From: Candidatus Multivoradales bacterium
GTDB lineage: Bacteria; Acidobacteriota; Thermoanaerobaculia; Multivoradales; JAHEKO01
DNA: 64,000 bases
Direction of reading: 5' to 3'
NCBI GenBank assembly: GCA_965223155.1
Contig: CBDCVR010000015.1
Span: 736,001 to 800,000, forward strand
In this document: positions 20,766 to 32,370 of the stretch, one piece after another
How the letters are laid out: every line of letters starts with the position of its first letter
Position numbering within the stretch: the first letter of the stretch is position 1
Notes under the pieces: model-generated
Databases searched by the model: none
Told to the model about the DNA's origin: nothing
What the model saw: the letters and a program-made list of their open reading frames with translations, nothing else
Translations under genes and position numbers: made by a program

Positions 20766-22561
20766 GACGGCAGCTCGAGACTTTCCAGCTCATCCAAGAT
20801 GGATTCGACAATCGCGAACCCTCCCCGCCAGAACTCGATGTCGGCCATGTCGACTCCGGCCTCGGCCAGGATCGCCTCGGGCCGCGCTGCGCCGCCCCAG
20901 GACAGGAGCCTCAGGTAGCCGGGCACGAACGCCGCTCCCTCGTCTCGGTACCGCTGGTAGAGCGCCAGCACCAGCAGCTGGCCGAAGCTGTAGGCGTAGC
21001 AGTAAAACGGCGTGTGGAAGATATGCGGGATCGCTACCCACTCGCGCCCGAAGGCCTCCGGCACCTCGACCGCGTCCCCGAACTGCTCCTTCAGAAGCTC
21101 AAGGTAGATCCCGTTCAGCTCTTCCGGTGTAGCGCCCGCCACGATCGCCTCGTGCGCCTTCTCCTCGAAGAGGACGAAGTAGGCCTGCCGCAGCACGGTC
21201 GCGTAGATATCATCGAGGGACGATGCCAGGAGATCCCGCCGCACCGAGGGATCGGACTCCTCGGCCAGCATCCGGTCCACCAGCAGCCGCTCGGCAAAGA
21301 CCGACGCGGTCTCGGCCAGGGGCAGGCTGGCGTGCTGGGTCAGGACCGAGTGTTCCTCCGCCTGCATCGAGTGGACGGCATGACCGAGCTCGTGGGCCAG
21401 GGTCGCGACATCGCGCACCTTGCCGGTGTAGTTGACCAGGAGCCATGGCGTCTGCTCGGGCAGAATCGTGGCGCAGAAGGCGCCGCCCTTCTTGCCGGTC
21501 CGGACCTCGGCGTCAATGTGGTCGTCCTCGAACACCCGTCGAGCCAGGGCGGCGACGCCTGGATCGAAATCCTCAAACGTCTCGAGCACCAAACGTACGG
21601 CCTGGTCGTAGTCGATGCGCCTGTCGGACTCGGCCAGCGGCGAGTAGAGATCGGCCCGGGCCAGACGCTTCGAGCCCAACCGGCCGGCCTTCCAGCGAAA
21701 GTAGCGCTGGAAGATCGGAGCCGCTTCCCGGCAGGCTTCGAGCAGAGCCTCGACCGCCGCCCGTGGAATATCGTTGGCGACGTTGCGCACCGCGATCGGG
21801 GAGTCAAAGCCACGCAACCGCACGTTCTCGGCCTGCCAGTCGAGTACCCGGTTCACATAGATCTGGCCCAGGATCTTGGCCTCGCCCTCGAACACCGTGA
21901 GTAGCTCCTCGTAGGCCGCCGCCCGAAGCTCGGGCCGCGGCGAGTAGACGTTGGCCATGAGCGCGTCGCGGGTCAGGGTCCGCTGTTCGCCGTCGATCTC
22001 GAGCTCGAACTCCAGCCGGTTGGTGAGCATCGAGTAGAGCGTCAGGACCGCCGAGATGCCGTTGGTGTCCTTGACGTTGACGATCTGCTCGGCGGTCTCC
22101 TCGAGCATGAAGGGCCGGGTCCGGCGCAGGTCCTCGAGAAAGTGCCTGAGATCGGCTTCGGTCTCGGCCGGCGGCAAGAGCCTCTGGGCCGCATCGTCGT
22201 CGAGCCCCTTCCACCACAGGCTGAAGAAAACCACCCGGTTGTGAAGATCGGTCAGCTCACGATCCATCCGATTGCGGTAGGCGAGCGCGGCTTCGGACTG
22301 GGTGTCCTCGGCGAACCAGAGCGCGCCAAAGCCCGACAAGACATACGAGTGGGCGGCCATGCGCTCGTACACCCGCACCAGCTCGAGGAACCGGTCCGGA
22401 CCGGGGCCGGACTCGAGCTCCGAACGAGCTTGCTCCAGGACCTCGACGTCCCGCTCGACCTCGGCCAGCCGCTCGCGCACCACGGCATCGCTCGGCTCCG
22501 AAACCAGCTCGGTCAGGCTCCAGCCTTGCTGTCGATACGCGCCTAGCGCCGCTTCCGTCAT
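20762..22561 (-). CDS. M3B oligoendopeptidase F family
   Basis: GK.GGAFC, TLAHELGHAVH, AETAS, PHIFHTPFYCYAYSFG. Confidence 0.93.
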   Translation of the reverse strand: MTEAALGAYRQQGWSLTELVSEPSDAVVRERLAEVERDVEVLEQARSELESGPGPDRFLELVRVYERMAAHSYVLSGFGALWFAEDTQSEAALAYRNRMDRELTDLHNRVVFFSLWWKGLDDDAAQRLLPPAETEADLRHFLEDLRRTRPFMLEETAEQIVNVKDTNGISAVLTLYSMLTNRLEFELEIDGEQRTLTRDALMANVYSPRPELRAAAYEELLTVFEGEAKILGQIYVNRVLDWQAENVRLRGFDSPIAVRNVANDIPRAAVEALLEACREAAPIFQRYFRWKAGRLGSKRLARADLYSPLAESDRRIDYDQAVRLVLETFEDFDPGVAALARRVFEDDHIDAEVRTGKKGGAFCATILPEQTPWLLVNYTGKVRDVATLAHELGHAVHSMQAEEHSVLTQHASLPLAETASVFAERLLVDRMLAEESDPSVRRDLLASSLDDIYATVLRQAYFVLFEEKAHEAIVAGATPEELNGIYLELLKEQFGDAVEVPEAFGREWVAIPHIFHTPFYCYAYSFGQLLVLALYQRYRDEGAAFVPGYLRLLSWGGAARPEAILAEAGVDMADIEFWRGGFAIVESILDELESLELPS

Positions 22562-22599
22562 CAACCGCCTTTCCGCCTCCCGGCCCGCTCGGCCGGACG

Positions 22600-23085
22600 C
22601 TATTCCGTCGTCGCCGTATCGCCGGACTCGTCGAGCGCCGCCTGGAGCGTATGCCAAGCCAGCGTCGCGCACTTCACCCGCACCGGAAACTCGCGCACGC
22701 CCTCGAACACGGCGAGCTTGCCCAGCTCGGCGCCGGCCTCGGCCCGAACGCTCGGATCGCCGGTCAGGAGCTCATGAAAGGACTCGAAGAGGGTCTCGAT
22801 CTCGGCCACGGTCTTGCCCTTGACCGCCTCGGTCATGAGCGAGGCCGAGGCCTTCGAGATCGCGCAGCCGCTGCCGTCGAAGCGAATGTCCCGAACCGTG
22901 CCGCCCTCGGCTTCCCGGTCGAGCCCCACCGAGAGCGTCAACCGGTCGCCACACAGGGGGTTGTGGCCGACCGCGTGGTGCAGCTCGCCGGTGGCGACCT
23001 GGCCCTCGTCCAGGGACCCGAAATTACGCGGGTTCTTGTTGTGATCCAGGATCACCTCCTGGTACAGATCGTACAGATCGGTCAA
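22600..23085 (-). CDS. sufU: SUF system NifU-family Fe-S assembly protein
   Basis: LYQEVILDH, NPLCGD, GCAISKAS, RVKCATLAWH. Confidence 0.95.
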   Translation of the reverse strand: MTDLYDLYQEVILDHNKNPRNFGSLDEGQVATGELHHAVGHNPLCGDRLTLSVGLDREAEGGTVRDIRFDGSGCAISKASASLMTEAVKGKTVAEIETLFESFHELLTGDPSVRAEAGAELGKLAVFEGVREFPVRVKCATLAWHTLQAALDESGDTATTE

Positions 23086-24308
23086 CTGAACACCTCGCGC
23101 ACAGTCTGCAGCGCCGCGACCAGCCGGTCAACGTCGGCCTCGGTGTTGTAGAGAGCCAGTGAAGCACGGGCGGTCGCGGGCACGCCGAAGTGATCCATCA
23201 CCGGCTGGGCGCAATGATGGCCGACCCGGATGGCGACGCCCTCGCGGTCTACGATGGTGCCAACGTCGTGGGCGTGGACGCCGTCCAGGACAAACGAGAG
23301 AACTCCAGCCTTATGGGAAGCGGTACCGATCAGGCGGAGCCCGTCCACGGTTTCGAGAGCGTGGGTGCCGTAGGCCAGAAGCCGCCGCTCGTGCTCCTCG
23401 ATCGCTTCGAGTCCGACCCGCTCGAAGAAGTCCACCACCGCGCCCAGACCGACGGCCCCGGCGATGTTGGGGGTGCCGGCCTCAAAGCGGGCGGGTGGTT
23501 CGCGGTACTCGCTGCCGGCGAGGCTCACCGAGGTAATCATCTCGCCGCCACCCTGATATGGGGGCATGGCCTCCAAGAGCTCGTAGCGGCCCCAGAGCGC
23601 GCCGATGCCGGTGGGCCCGAAGGCCTTGTGCCCCGAGAAGGCATAGAAGTCGCAGCCCAGCGCCTGGACATCGACCCGGCCGTGGGGCACGCCCTGAGCG
23701 CCGTCCACCAAGACCGGCACGCCGGCGGCGTGCGCCCGCTCGACGATCTCACGGATCGGATTGACCGTCCCGAGAGCGTTCGAGATGTGGCCGACAGCAA
23801 GGATACGGGCGCGGTCGGTGAGCTTCCTGTCGAGCTCATCCAGGACGAGCTGGCCCCTGTCATCGATGGGCACGACCTCCAGACGCGCGCCGGCCGCCTC
23901 GCACAGCATCTGCCAGGGCACGATGTTCGAGTGGTGCTCCATCTCGGTGACCAGGACCTCGTCTCCGGCCCCGACCCGGGCTTTCCCAAAGGTCGCGGCC
24001 ACCAGGTTGATGGACTCGGTGGTGCCGCGGGTGAAGACGATCTCGTCTGTGCGCGGCGCGTTGAGCAGGCGGGCGACCTTCTTCCGCGCCCCCTCGTAGG
24101 CCTCGGTGGCTCGTTGCGACAGGAAGTGAACGCCCCGGTGGACGTTCGAGTAGAAGCGCTCGTAGCAGTCCCGCTCGGCATCCAGAACCGATACCGGCTT
24201 CTGCGCCGAGGCGGCGCTGTCGAGATACACGAGCGGCTTGCCATAGACCTCGGCCGCGAGCGCCGGAAACTCGGCACGGATCGTCTCGACGTCGAATGGC
24301 GACGCCAT
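23082..24308 (-). CDS. sufS: Cysteine desulfurase SufS
   Basis: YLDSAAS, EHHSN, FSGHK, RVGHHCA; start could be 24308, 24341 or 24365. Confidence 0.95.
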   Translation of the reverse strand: MASPFDVETIRAEFPALAAEVYGKPLVYLDSAASAQKPVSVLDAERDCYERFYSNVHRGVHFLSQRATEAYEGARKKVARLLNAPRTDEIVFTRGTTESINLVAATFGKARVGAGDEVLVTEMEHHSNIVPWQMLCEAAGARLEVVPIDDRGQLVLDELDRKLTDRARILAVGHISNALGTVNPIREIVERAHAAGVPVLVDGAQGVPHGRVDVQALGCDFYAFSGHKAFGPTGIGALWGRYELLEAMPPYQGGGEMITSVSLAGSEYREPPARFEAGTPNIAGAVGLGAVVDFFERVGLEAIEEHERRLLAYGTHALETVDGLRLIGTASHKAGVLSFVLDGVHAHDVGTIVDREGVAIRVGHHCAQPVMDHFGVPATARASLALYNTEADVDRLVAALQTVREVFS

Positions 24309-24387
24309 CTTCGGTCCTTGGGCTCTATCGGCTGGCTTCATCGTCGTCGCGTCCGCACGCCCCACGGGACGTTTCCAGCCCCGCGCG

Positions 24388-25755
24388 CTAGACCGCCTGG
24401 CGAACCACTTCGCCGCGCGGCAGGCGCCGGAACAGGAACTCCTCGAGATCCTGACGGACCTCGGGAATCCGGATCCTCTCGACGATGTCGGCCGCGAAAG
24501 CGTAGGTCAAGAGGCTGCGCGCCGCGACCTCGCCGATTCCGCGCGAGCGGAGATAGAAGACCGCGATGTCGTCCAGCTCACCCACGGTCGACCCGTGCGT
24601 GCACTTGACGTCGTCGGCAAAGATCTCGAGCTGCGGATTGGAGTGGACGAGCGCCGCCGGCGAGAGCAAGAGGTTGCGGTTGGTTTGCTTGGCGTCGGTC
24701 TTCTGAGCGCCGGGATGGACGAAGATCCGGCCGTTGAAGACGGCCCGCGCCTGGCCTTCCAGAATCCCTTTGAAGAGCTCGTGGCTGTCGCAGTTGGGCT
24801 GCACGTGATCGACCCGCATGTGATTGTCAACGAGCTGGTCGCCCTCGACCATGTAGAGGCCGTTGAGCGTGGCCTCGCAACCTTCGCCGTCGAGCACCGC
24901 GTTGACGTCGTTCCGGACGATGGCCCCGCCCCAGGAGATCGAATGGGTCGAGAAGTTGCTCGACCGGTCGAGTTGCATCTGGAAGGTCGCCAGATGAAAG
25001 GCCTCGGTCGACTCGCGCTGGAGCTTGTAGTGATCCACGACCGCGTTCGGCGCCAGCACCACCTCGGTCACCGGGCTCACCAGGTACGAGCCGGCGCTGC
25101 CCTCGGCGGTGGCGTACTGCTCGATCACCTTGGCCTGGGAGTTTTCCTCCGCCACGAAAAGATTGCGCGGGAACCTTGCGGGCGCCCCTGTGCCGGCTCC
25201 CCTGGCTCCAACATGAAGCACGTGCACCGGCCGCTCGACCACCACGCCCCGGGGGATGAAGACGAAGGCACCGTCCTCGTGGAGAGCCGAGTTGAGCGCC
25301 ACGAAGGCATGGTTCTCGAACGACGCGTAGTGGCCGAGGTACGGCTCGACCAGGTCGGGGTGCTCACGCCAGGCATCGGCAAGACTCGACACCAGGACAC
25401 CCTCGGGCAGCTCCTCCAGCCGGGAAAGCTCGGGATCGAGCCGGCCGTTGACGAAGACCAGCTCGGCGGTTCCGGCGTAGCGGAAACGCTCGATCGCGGG
25501 CACCGAAACGCTTGAAGCCTTCGCTGGATCCGCAGCAGCCTCCGCGACGGCGAAGTCGGTTTCGACGATCGGCCGGATGTTGGTCGAGCGCCATTCCTCG
25601 AGCTTGGTGGTCGGAAACCCGAGCTCGCCGAAACGTCCGATCGCGTCCCTGCGCATCTCGGCCAAGCGGCCCGGCTCGTGCCCGGCCCGAGAGGCCGAGA
25701 CTCGCTCGAAAGCGTCCAGAAAGCGGTCTTTCTCAGTCATGGTTGCGGTCGTCAC
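24388..25755 (-). CDS. sufD: Fe-S cluster assembly protein SufD
   Basis: PQLEIFADDVKCTHGSTVG, FYLRSRGI; operon position. Confidence 0.95.
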   Translation of the reverse strand: MTTATMTEKDRFLDAFERVSASRAGHEPGRLAEMRRDAIGRFGELGFPTTKLEEWRSTNIRPIVETDFAVAEAAADPAKASSVSVPAIERFRYAGTAELVFVNGRLDPELSRLEELPEGVLVSSLADAWREHPDLVEPYLGHYASFENHAFVALNSALHEDGAFVFIPRGVVVERPVHVLHVGARGAGTGAPARFPRNLFVAEENSQAKVIEQYATAEGSAGSYLVSPVTEVVLAPNAVVDHYKLQRESTEAFHLATFQMQLDRSSNFSTHSISWGGAIVRNDVNAVLDGEGCEATLNGLYMVEGDQLVDNHMRVDHVQPNCDSHELFKGILEGQARAVFNGRIFVHPGAQKTDAKQTNRNLLLSPAALVHSNPQLEIFADDVKCTHGSTVGELDDIAVFYLRSRGIGEVAARSLLTYAFAADIVERIRIPEVRQDLEEFLFRRLPRGEVVRQAV

Positions 25756-25763
25756 GGCCGACC

Positions 25764-26558
25764 TCAGGCGCTCGGTGCCGCCGCCGAATCGGCATCGGGT
25801 TCCGCGGAGGGCGCGGTCTCGAGCCACTGGTAGCCCTTGTCCTCGAGCTCGAGCGCCAGCTCCTTGCCGCCGGTGCGCGCGATCTTGCCGTCCACCAGAA
25901 CGTGGACGACGTCCGGAACGATGTAGTTCAGGAGGCGCTGGTAGTGGGTGATGACCAGGAAGGCCCGGTTCTCGGCGCGCAACTGGTTGACGCCGTCGGC
26001 CACGACCTTCAAGGCGTCGATGTCGAGCCCAGAATCGGTCTCGTCCAGGACCGCCAGAACCGGGTCCAGAACCGCCATGTGAAAGATCTCGTTGCGCTTC
26101 TTCTCACCGCCCGAGAAGCCCTCGTTGACGGGCCGGTTCAGGAGCGCTTCGTCCATCTTGACCAGCTTCATCTTGTCGCGCACGTAGTTGAGGAAGTCCA
26201 TCGCGTCCATCTCCTCCTGGCCGCGGTGCTTGCGGATGGCGTTGAGCGCCGCCTTCAGAAAGTAGACGTTCGAAACTCCCGGGATCTCGACCGGGTACTG
26301 GAAGGCCAGGAAGATGCCTTCGCGGGCGCGTTCCTCGGGCGCCAGCTCGGCCAAGTCCTCGGCCTTGTAGAGGATCTCGCCCTCGGTGATCTCGTACTCC
26401 TCGCGGCCCGCCAGGACCTGCGCCAGGGTCGATTTCCCCGAGCCGTTCGGGCCCATGATGGCGTGCACCTGGCCCGGGTCCAGGGTCAGATCGACCCCCT
26501 TCAGAATCTCGGCGCCCTCCACGCTGACGTGGAGGTTCTTGATTTCGAGCAAACTCAT
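25764..26558 (-). CDS. sufC: Fe-S cluster assembly ATPase SufC
   Basis: GPNGSGKS, FQYPVEIPGV, FSGGEKKR, LDETDSGLD. Confidence 0.97.
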   Translation of the reverse strand: MSLLEIKNLHVSVEGAEILKGVDLTLDPGQVHAIMGPNGSGKSTLAQVLAGREEYEITEGEILYKAEDLAELAPEERAREGIFLAFQYPVEIPGVSNVYFLKAALNAIRKHRGQEEMDAMDFLNYVRDKMKLVKMDEALLNRPVNEGFSGGEKKRNEIFHMAVLDPVLAVLDETDSGLDIDALKVVADGVNQLRAENRAFLVITHYQRLLNYIVPDVVHVLVDGKIARTGGKELALELEDKGYQWLETAPSAEPDADSAAAPSA

Positions 26559-26611
26559 CGTCGTGGTTCCTTTGTCTTGGTTCTCGATTCGAATCCGGGT
26601 CCTGAGCGTCT

Positions 26612-28090
<1,479 letters not shown>

Positions 28091-28121
28091 GGAGTTGCTC
28101 CTGCGTTGCTCTTCAGGGTCG

Positions 28122-28592
28122 TTACGAGCGCTCGGCCCAGACGGATCGGGGGCTGGGCTCGGTCCCCAAGGTCACCAGCTCGACGCCCATGGGCTGGGCC
28201 ATCTCCGCCAAGGTGATGTTCTCGAGCGCGCCGCGAATGGCGTTGTTGATGCGTTGCCAGTTGGACCGCACCGCGCACGACGACTCGTGCGAGCACTCGC
28301 CCGGCGTGTCGTCGATGCACTCGGTAATCGCGATCGGACCGTCAAGCGCGGTGATGATGTCGGCCACCGTGACCTCGGCCGCTTCGCCCGCGAGGACGTA
28401 CCCGCCCTTGGCGCCACGATGAGACGTCAGGATCCCGGACCGGCCCAGCAGCTTCAAGATCTTCGACACCGTCGGCAGAGGCAGATGCACCTCGCCGGCG
28501 AGCTCCGAGGCCGTCACGATCCGCTCCGGATCGCCCGCCATGCGGGTCAGGAGCACGATGCCGTAGTCGGCCTGTTTGGTCATGCGAATCAT
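28122..28592 (-). CDS. Rrf2-family SUF system regulator
   Basis: [15 protein letters not shown], three Cys (EC...EC...C); first gene of the suf operon. Confidence 0.93.
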   Translation of the reverse strand: MIRMTKQADYGIVLLTRMAGDPERIVTASELAGEVHLPLPTVSKILKLLGRSGILTSHRGAKGGYVLAGEAAEVTVADIITALDGPIAITECIDDTPGECSHESSCAVRSNWQRINNAIRGALENITLAEMAQPMGVELVTLGTEPSPRSVWAERS

Positions 28593-28718
28593 TGGACTGC
28601 GATCTGAATTGGACTGGGTGACTCGATCTGGCGAGTCTGGGGCTTGGCCTGGTTGACTTGAGCTCCTGCAGACCGGCTTGCGAGAGCCGGGGTTCGATCA
28701 CAGTCGGAGCTCGGAACA

Positions 28719-28743
28719 AATTCGGACCAAAATGGTCCTAATT
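28719..28743. promoter_or_regulatory. Palindromic operator, probable Rrf2 autoregulatory site
   Basis: AATTCGGACCA-aaa-TGGTCCTAATT (1 mismatch), just downstream of the -10 on the minus strand. Confidence 0.7.
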
Positions 28744-28752
28744 GAGCGAAAA

Positions 28753-28780
28753 ATGGTACCAGACGGCCCTCGCATGTCAA
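28753..28780 (-). promoter_or_regulatory. sigma70 promoter of the suf operon
   Basis: TTGACA-16 nt-TACCAT with extended TGn. Confidence 0.7.
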
Positions 28781-28953
28781 GCCGCGAGGACCTATCGCTG
28801 TACGCTACGAACCTCGGCTGTGGCGCTCGGCCGCCACCGCCGCCATCCACCCGCATCGCCCAACCCGCCCAACCCGCCCAACCCGATGGAACAGATGCTA
28901 CGCTCTTAACCTTCTACACCTCGAGCGAGGAACCGACCGAAGGAGAGCGTCCC

Positions 28954-29826
28954 ATGAGGAACCAGCGAACAAGGGAGAACGCCAAACTCGTCGTCTTGAA
29001 GTGTGTGCGAACTATCGGCTGCCTCCTCGGCGCCATCGCCTTGCTGACGCCTCCAGCCTTTGCGAACGGCACGGTGGCCACACAGACCTCGTCGTTCCGG
29101 CTGGACAAAGACCGCAAAGTCAAGGCGCTCGAATTTCCGCCTCTAGTGCTCGCCCATCCGGACCCAAGCCTGCCAGCGCAGTTGCGCCTGCACGGTCTCG
29201 TCGATCAGGTCTCGCCCCTCTTGGGAAGCGGGCCGAGACGAAGTGGTCGGATCCGTGTCGTCGTCCGTTGCGAAGGTGTCCGCTCCACCGTCCTCGCCAA
29301 GAGGCGCCCGAAATTGGATGCCAACGGCAACTTCGTCCTGAGCGTGTCGGTACCCAGGAACAAGTGCGATCTCGTGAACGTCGCGGTCGAGGGAAGCGCC
29401 GGGAACCAGACCGTCGACGCGGGGTCGGAGATCACCGTCTCGACGTCGCTCAGCGTGCGACGGCCGGCGACCCCGACTGCGTGTCAGGCGGGCGGCGTGC
29501 TCTGCCTCCAGGACGGGCGTTTCCAGGCGCGGCTCGATTGGACGGACTTCGAAGCTAGGCAAGGTAACGGCTTCGCGCTGCAGCGAAGCGTCCACTCCGG
29601 GACCTTTCTTTTTCTCGACCCCGAAAACCTGAGCCTCTTCCTCAGGATCCTGGACGGCTGCAGCACCAATGGCGCCTACTGGGTGTTCGCCGCCGCCGAC
29701 ACGACGATTCGCTACTCGCTGACGATCACCGACACTGAAACCGGCGCCACCCAGACCTTCAGCAACCCGGAACGCAACGCCTCAGCGGCGATCGTCGAGT
29801 ACCAGGCCTTCACGACTTGTCCATAG
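28954..29826 (+). CDS. Secreted hypothetical protein with C-terminal 'CL..GRF...W...LDGC..NG.YWVF...TDT.TG....NP' domain
   Basis: AAGGAG RBS, signal peptide ending AFA, recognisable C-terminal domain. Confidence 0.75.
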   Translation: MRNQRTRENAKLVVLKCVRTIGCLLGAIALLTPPAFANGTVATQTSSFRLDKDRKVKALEFPPLVLAHPDPSLPAQLRLHGLVDQVSPLLGSGPRRSGRIRVVVRCEGVRSTVLAKRRPKLDANGNFVLSVSVPRNKCDLVNVAVEGSAGNQTVDAGSEITVSTSLSVRRPATPTACQAGGVLCLQDGRFQARLDWTDFEARQGNGFALQRSVHSGTFLFLDPENLSLFLRILDGCSTNGAYWVFAAADTTIRYSLTITDTETGATQTFSNPERNASAAIVEYQAFTTCP

Positions 29827-29853
29827 GACCGGTCCCCACACGGGAGAGCGCTC

Positions 29854-30942
29854 TCAGTCCTGCTTGGCTTTTTCGGCAGCGGCTGCGGCCATCGGTGCCG
29901 CAGGCCCCATGAGCGCGGCCAGCCAGCGCAGCTCCTGCGAGCGCTCGAGCAAGAGCTTCATGATCATCGTCAGCGGCACCGACAGGATCATGCCGATCGG
30001 CCCCCAGATCCACCCCCAGAAGACCATCGCCATGAACACGACTAGGGTCGAAAGCCCGAACTTGCGCCCCATGAGCGCCGGCTCGATCAGATTGCCGATC
30101 AGGAAATTGACCGCCAGGTACCCCGCCGCCGCCAAGAGCGCCACCCACCAGCCCTGCTGAACGATTGCCACCAGGACCGCCGGAATCGCCGCCAGTATCG
30201 AGCCGATCGCCGGGATGTAGTTGAGCAGGAAGGCCAGAACCGCCCAGAACATCGGCACCGGCAGGTCCAAAAGCCACACCAGGAGCCAGACCACGAGACC
30301 CGTGGCCCCGCTCACCAGCGTCTTGACCCCCAGGTACTTCTGGATGTCGGCCATCACCACCCGCACGTTCTCGGACGCCAGCCGGCCGCCGCTCGTCTGC
30401 TTGAGCTTCTCGGGCAGGGCCACGACCTCGAACATGGCCATGATCAGAATGACGAAGACCACGCCCACGTACGAGATGAAGGTCGCCACTCCCTTGACCG
30501 TGCCGCCCAAGATCGAGCCGGCGAGATCCATCATCGAGCCGGTATCTAGGCGATCGGCCGAGATCCAGGCCGAAAGATCGATGCCTCGCTCCTCGAGGCC
30601 TGACAGCGTGCCGCGTAACTTCTCGACCAGGGCCTCGAGATAGCCGGGCGCGGCCCGAGCGAAGTCGTTGAACGTGGTCGAAATGAGATAGCCCAGAATC
30701 GACAGGGCCCCGCACTCCAGAAGCACCGTCACCAAGACCGCGAGCCACAGCCGCACCCCCCGGCTACAGAGCCAACCCACGATCGGCAGGCCGATAAGCG
30801 CCAGGAAAATCGCGAACAGAAACGGAATCAGAATCGCCCCCGCCGCCCGCAGCCCGGCGATCACGATCACCGTCGACGCCGCCAACAACAGCATCCGGCC
30901 CAGCCGCAGCTCCGGGGCGACAGCGTCGGTCTCGGGAGTCAC
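29854..30942 (-). CDS. AI-2E family transporter
   Basis: Multi-TM; KYLGVKT, LNYIPAIG, GN.IEP.LMG, FWGWIWGPIGMILSVP. Confidence 0.93.
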   Translation of the reverse strand: MTPETDAVAPELRLGRMLLLAASTVIVIAGLRAAGAILIPFLFAIFLALIGLPIVGWLCSRGVRLWLAVLVTVLLECGALSILGYLISTTFNDFARAAPGYLEALVEKLRGTLSGLEERGIDLSAWISADRLDTGSMMDLAGSILGGTVKGVATFISYVGVVFVILIMAMFEVVALPEKLKQTSGGRLASENVRVVMADIQKYLGVKTLVSGATGLVVWLLVWLLDLPVPMFWAVLAFLLNYIPAIGSILAAIPAVLVAIVQQGWWVALLAAAGYLAVNFLIGNLIEPALMGRKFGLSTLVVFMAMVFWGWIWGPIGMILSVPLTMIMKLLLERSQELRWLAALMGPAAPMAAAAAEKAKQD

Positions 30943-31047
30943 CCGGCTACGCTATCAGGGGTGAGCCGGCAGGGGCGGGCCGGGGTGGGAGAAGCGTCGC
31001 GGCGCCAGCCGTCCGTCAACCTGGACGCTCCGCCCGAGCCCGCAATC

Positions 31048-32370
31048 TCAGACCTGCGCTTGCCAGGCGCGCCACGCCCTCCGCGCGATGCTCAAGGCTT
31101 CCCGGGCTTGAGCCATCCCGCCCCTGCCGCGCGACGCACGTGCCTTGGCGCGAGCTTCGCGCCGACCCCCGCTCAGGCTTGCCGCCACGAGACGGGCCAG
31201 ATGGCTGGCGCGAGCGAGCCATCCGTCCTGGACCATCAAGAGGAGCCCGTGCTTGCCGAACACGTTCAGGCCATGCGAGCGCTCGTTCGCCAGAAACATG
31301 CGTTTGTCTGCGATGAGATCCAACCGTCGCTGGCGCTGGTCTCTGGGGCGGCCAGCCTGAACGGGCTCCGGGATCTCGCATCCGGCGCCGGCCACCAATC
31401 GGAGCGGCGTCCAGAAAGCCCTCGGATGCCTCATCCGGGACACGAACCAGAGAACCCGGCCCCAGTCGATTCCGAAATGCAGCTTCAGCGCTCGCGTGTC
31501 CCAGGCCGTCTTCAGTCCCAGAGCGAAGATGTGGCTGCACGAATGGACCAGTCCGTGCACCAGGAACGCCTCAGCGCTCAACCTGCGCAAGGCCGGGAGT
31601 TCTTCGGTAAGAGTCGGGGTGCTGGCGAGCAAGTCGCCCTCAGGTAGCGCCCACGATCTCGACATCACCCGGGTATGAATCTCGACCGGAACCCCACGGT
31701 GGACCACGGCCGCCAGATGATGCTCCGCACCCCGGGCATGCACGGCGTCGGACTCGAACCCGAGGCATAGCAAGGCGCGGCGAAGCTCGAATGCCGCCGA
31801 TGGCGCCACGTAGACGTCGATGTCCCGGGCCGAGCGGCTCCGAAACGCCAACTCCTCGGCTAGAGCCGACCATGTCGCCCCCTTGAGCACCACGCCAGTT
31901 GCACCTAAACGAGTCAGCTCGGAAGAAAGAAGCTGAAGGATCTCCGACTGGACCCTGTCCCGAACCGCGGTGGTTTCAGCGTCCGCTTCGAGCTGTCGGC
32001 GGAAGAGCTCCGGAACTCGATGCTTCCAGGAACCGTCGAAGCCCGCGCCCGAGACAGCGCGCGACAGCCCGTTCCGACGGATGGCATTCGCCAGTCTCGA
32101 CCAATCCAGATCCCGGCGGCCAAACACTCGAATCGCTTCAGGGCTCCACTCCCCGTCGAACAGTCGACCGAGAAGAAACCGAGCCGCGTCGACGCCGTTG
32201 ACCCGATCGGCTTGCGATCCCGTAGGCCGAGCAGCCCGCCGCAACAGATCGCCGCCAGGTACCGGCATCGCATGGATGCTTCCCAACAACTGGGCGCTGC
32301 CCAACTGGGTTCCCGTAGCGTCGAGCGAACTCCGGGAGACCGATTGTTCCGTGATCCAAGAGGAGCGCAT
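31048..32370 (-). CDS. Uncharacterised nucleotidyltransferase (NTP_transf_5-like)
   Basis: DW..L...N, VVLKG, R...DIDVYV, VEIH, LVH..VH; start uncertain (32268-32451). Confidence 0.7.
   Translation of the reverse strand: MRSSWITEQSVSRSSLDATGTQLGSAQLLGSIHAMPVPGGDLLRRAARPTGSQADRVNGVDAARFLLGRLFDGEWSPEAIRVFGRRDLDWSRLANAIRRNGLSRAVSGAGFDGSWKHRVPELFRRQLEADAETTAVRDRVQSEILQLLSSELTRLGATGVVLKGATWSALAEELAFRSRSARDIDVYVAPSAAFELRRALLCLGFESDAVHARGAEHHLAAVVHRGVPVEIHTRVMSRSWALPEGDLLASTPTLTEELPALRRLSAEAFLVHGLVHSCSHIFALGLKTAWDTRALKLHFGIDWGRVLWFVSRMRHPRAFWTPLRLVAGAGCEIPEPVQAGRPRDQRQRRLDLIADKRMFLANERSHGLNVFGKHGLLLMVQDGWLARASHLARLVAASLSGGRREARAKARASRGRGGMAQAREALSIARRAWRAWQAQV

Noticed and set aside
28858-28884. GCCCAACCC x3 microrepeat (also the EPAEPSEP repeat near 62340)
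   Set aside because: Simple slippage repeats with no evidence of function
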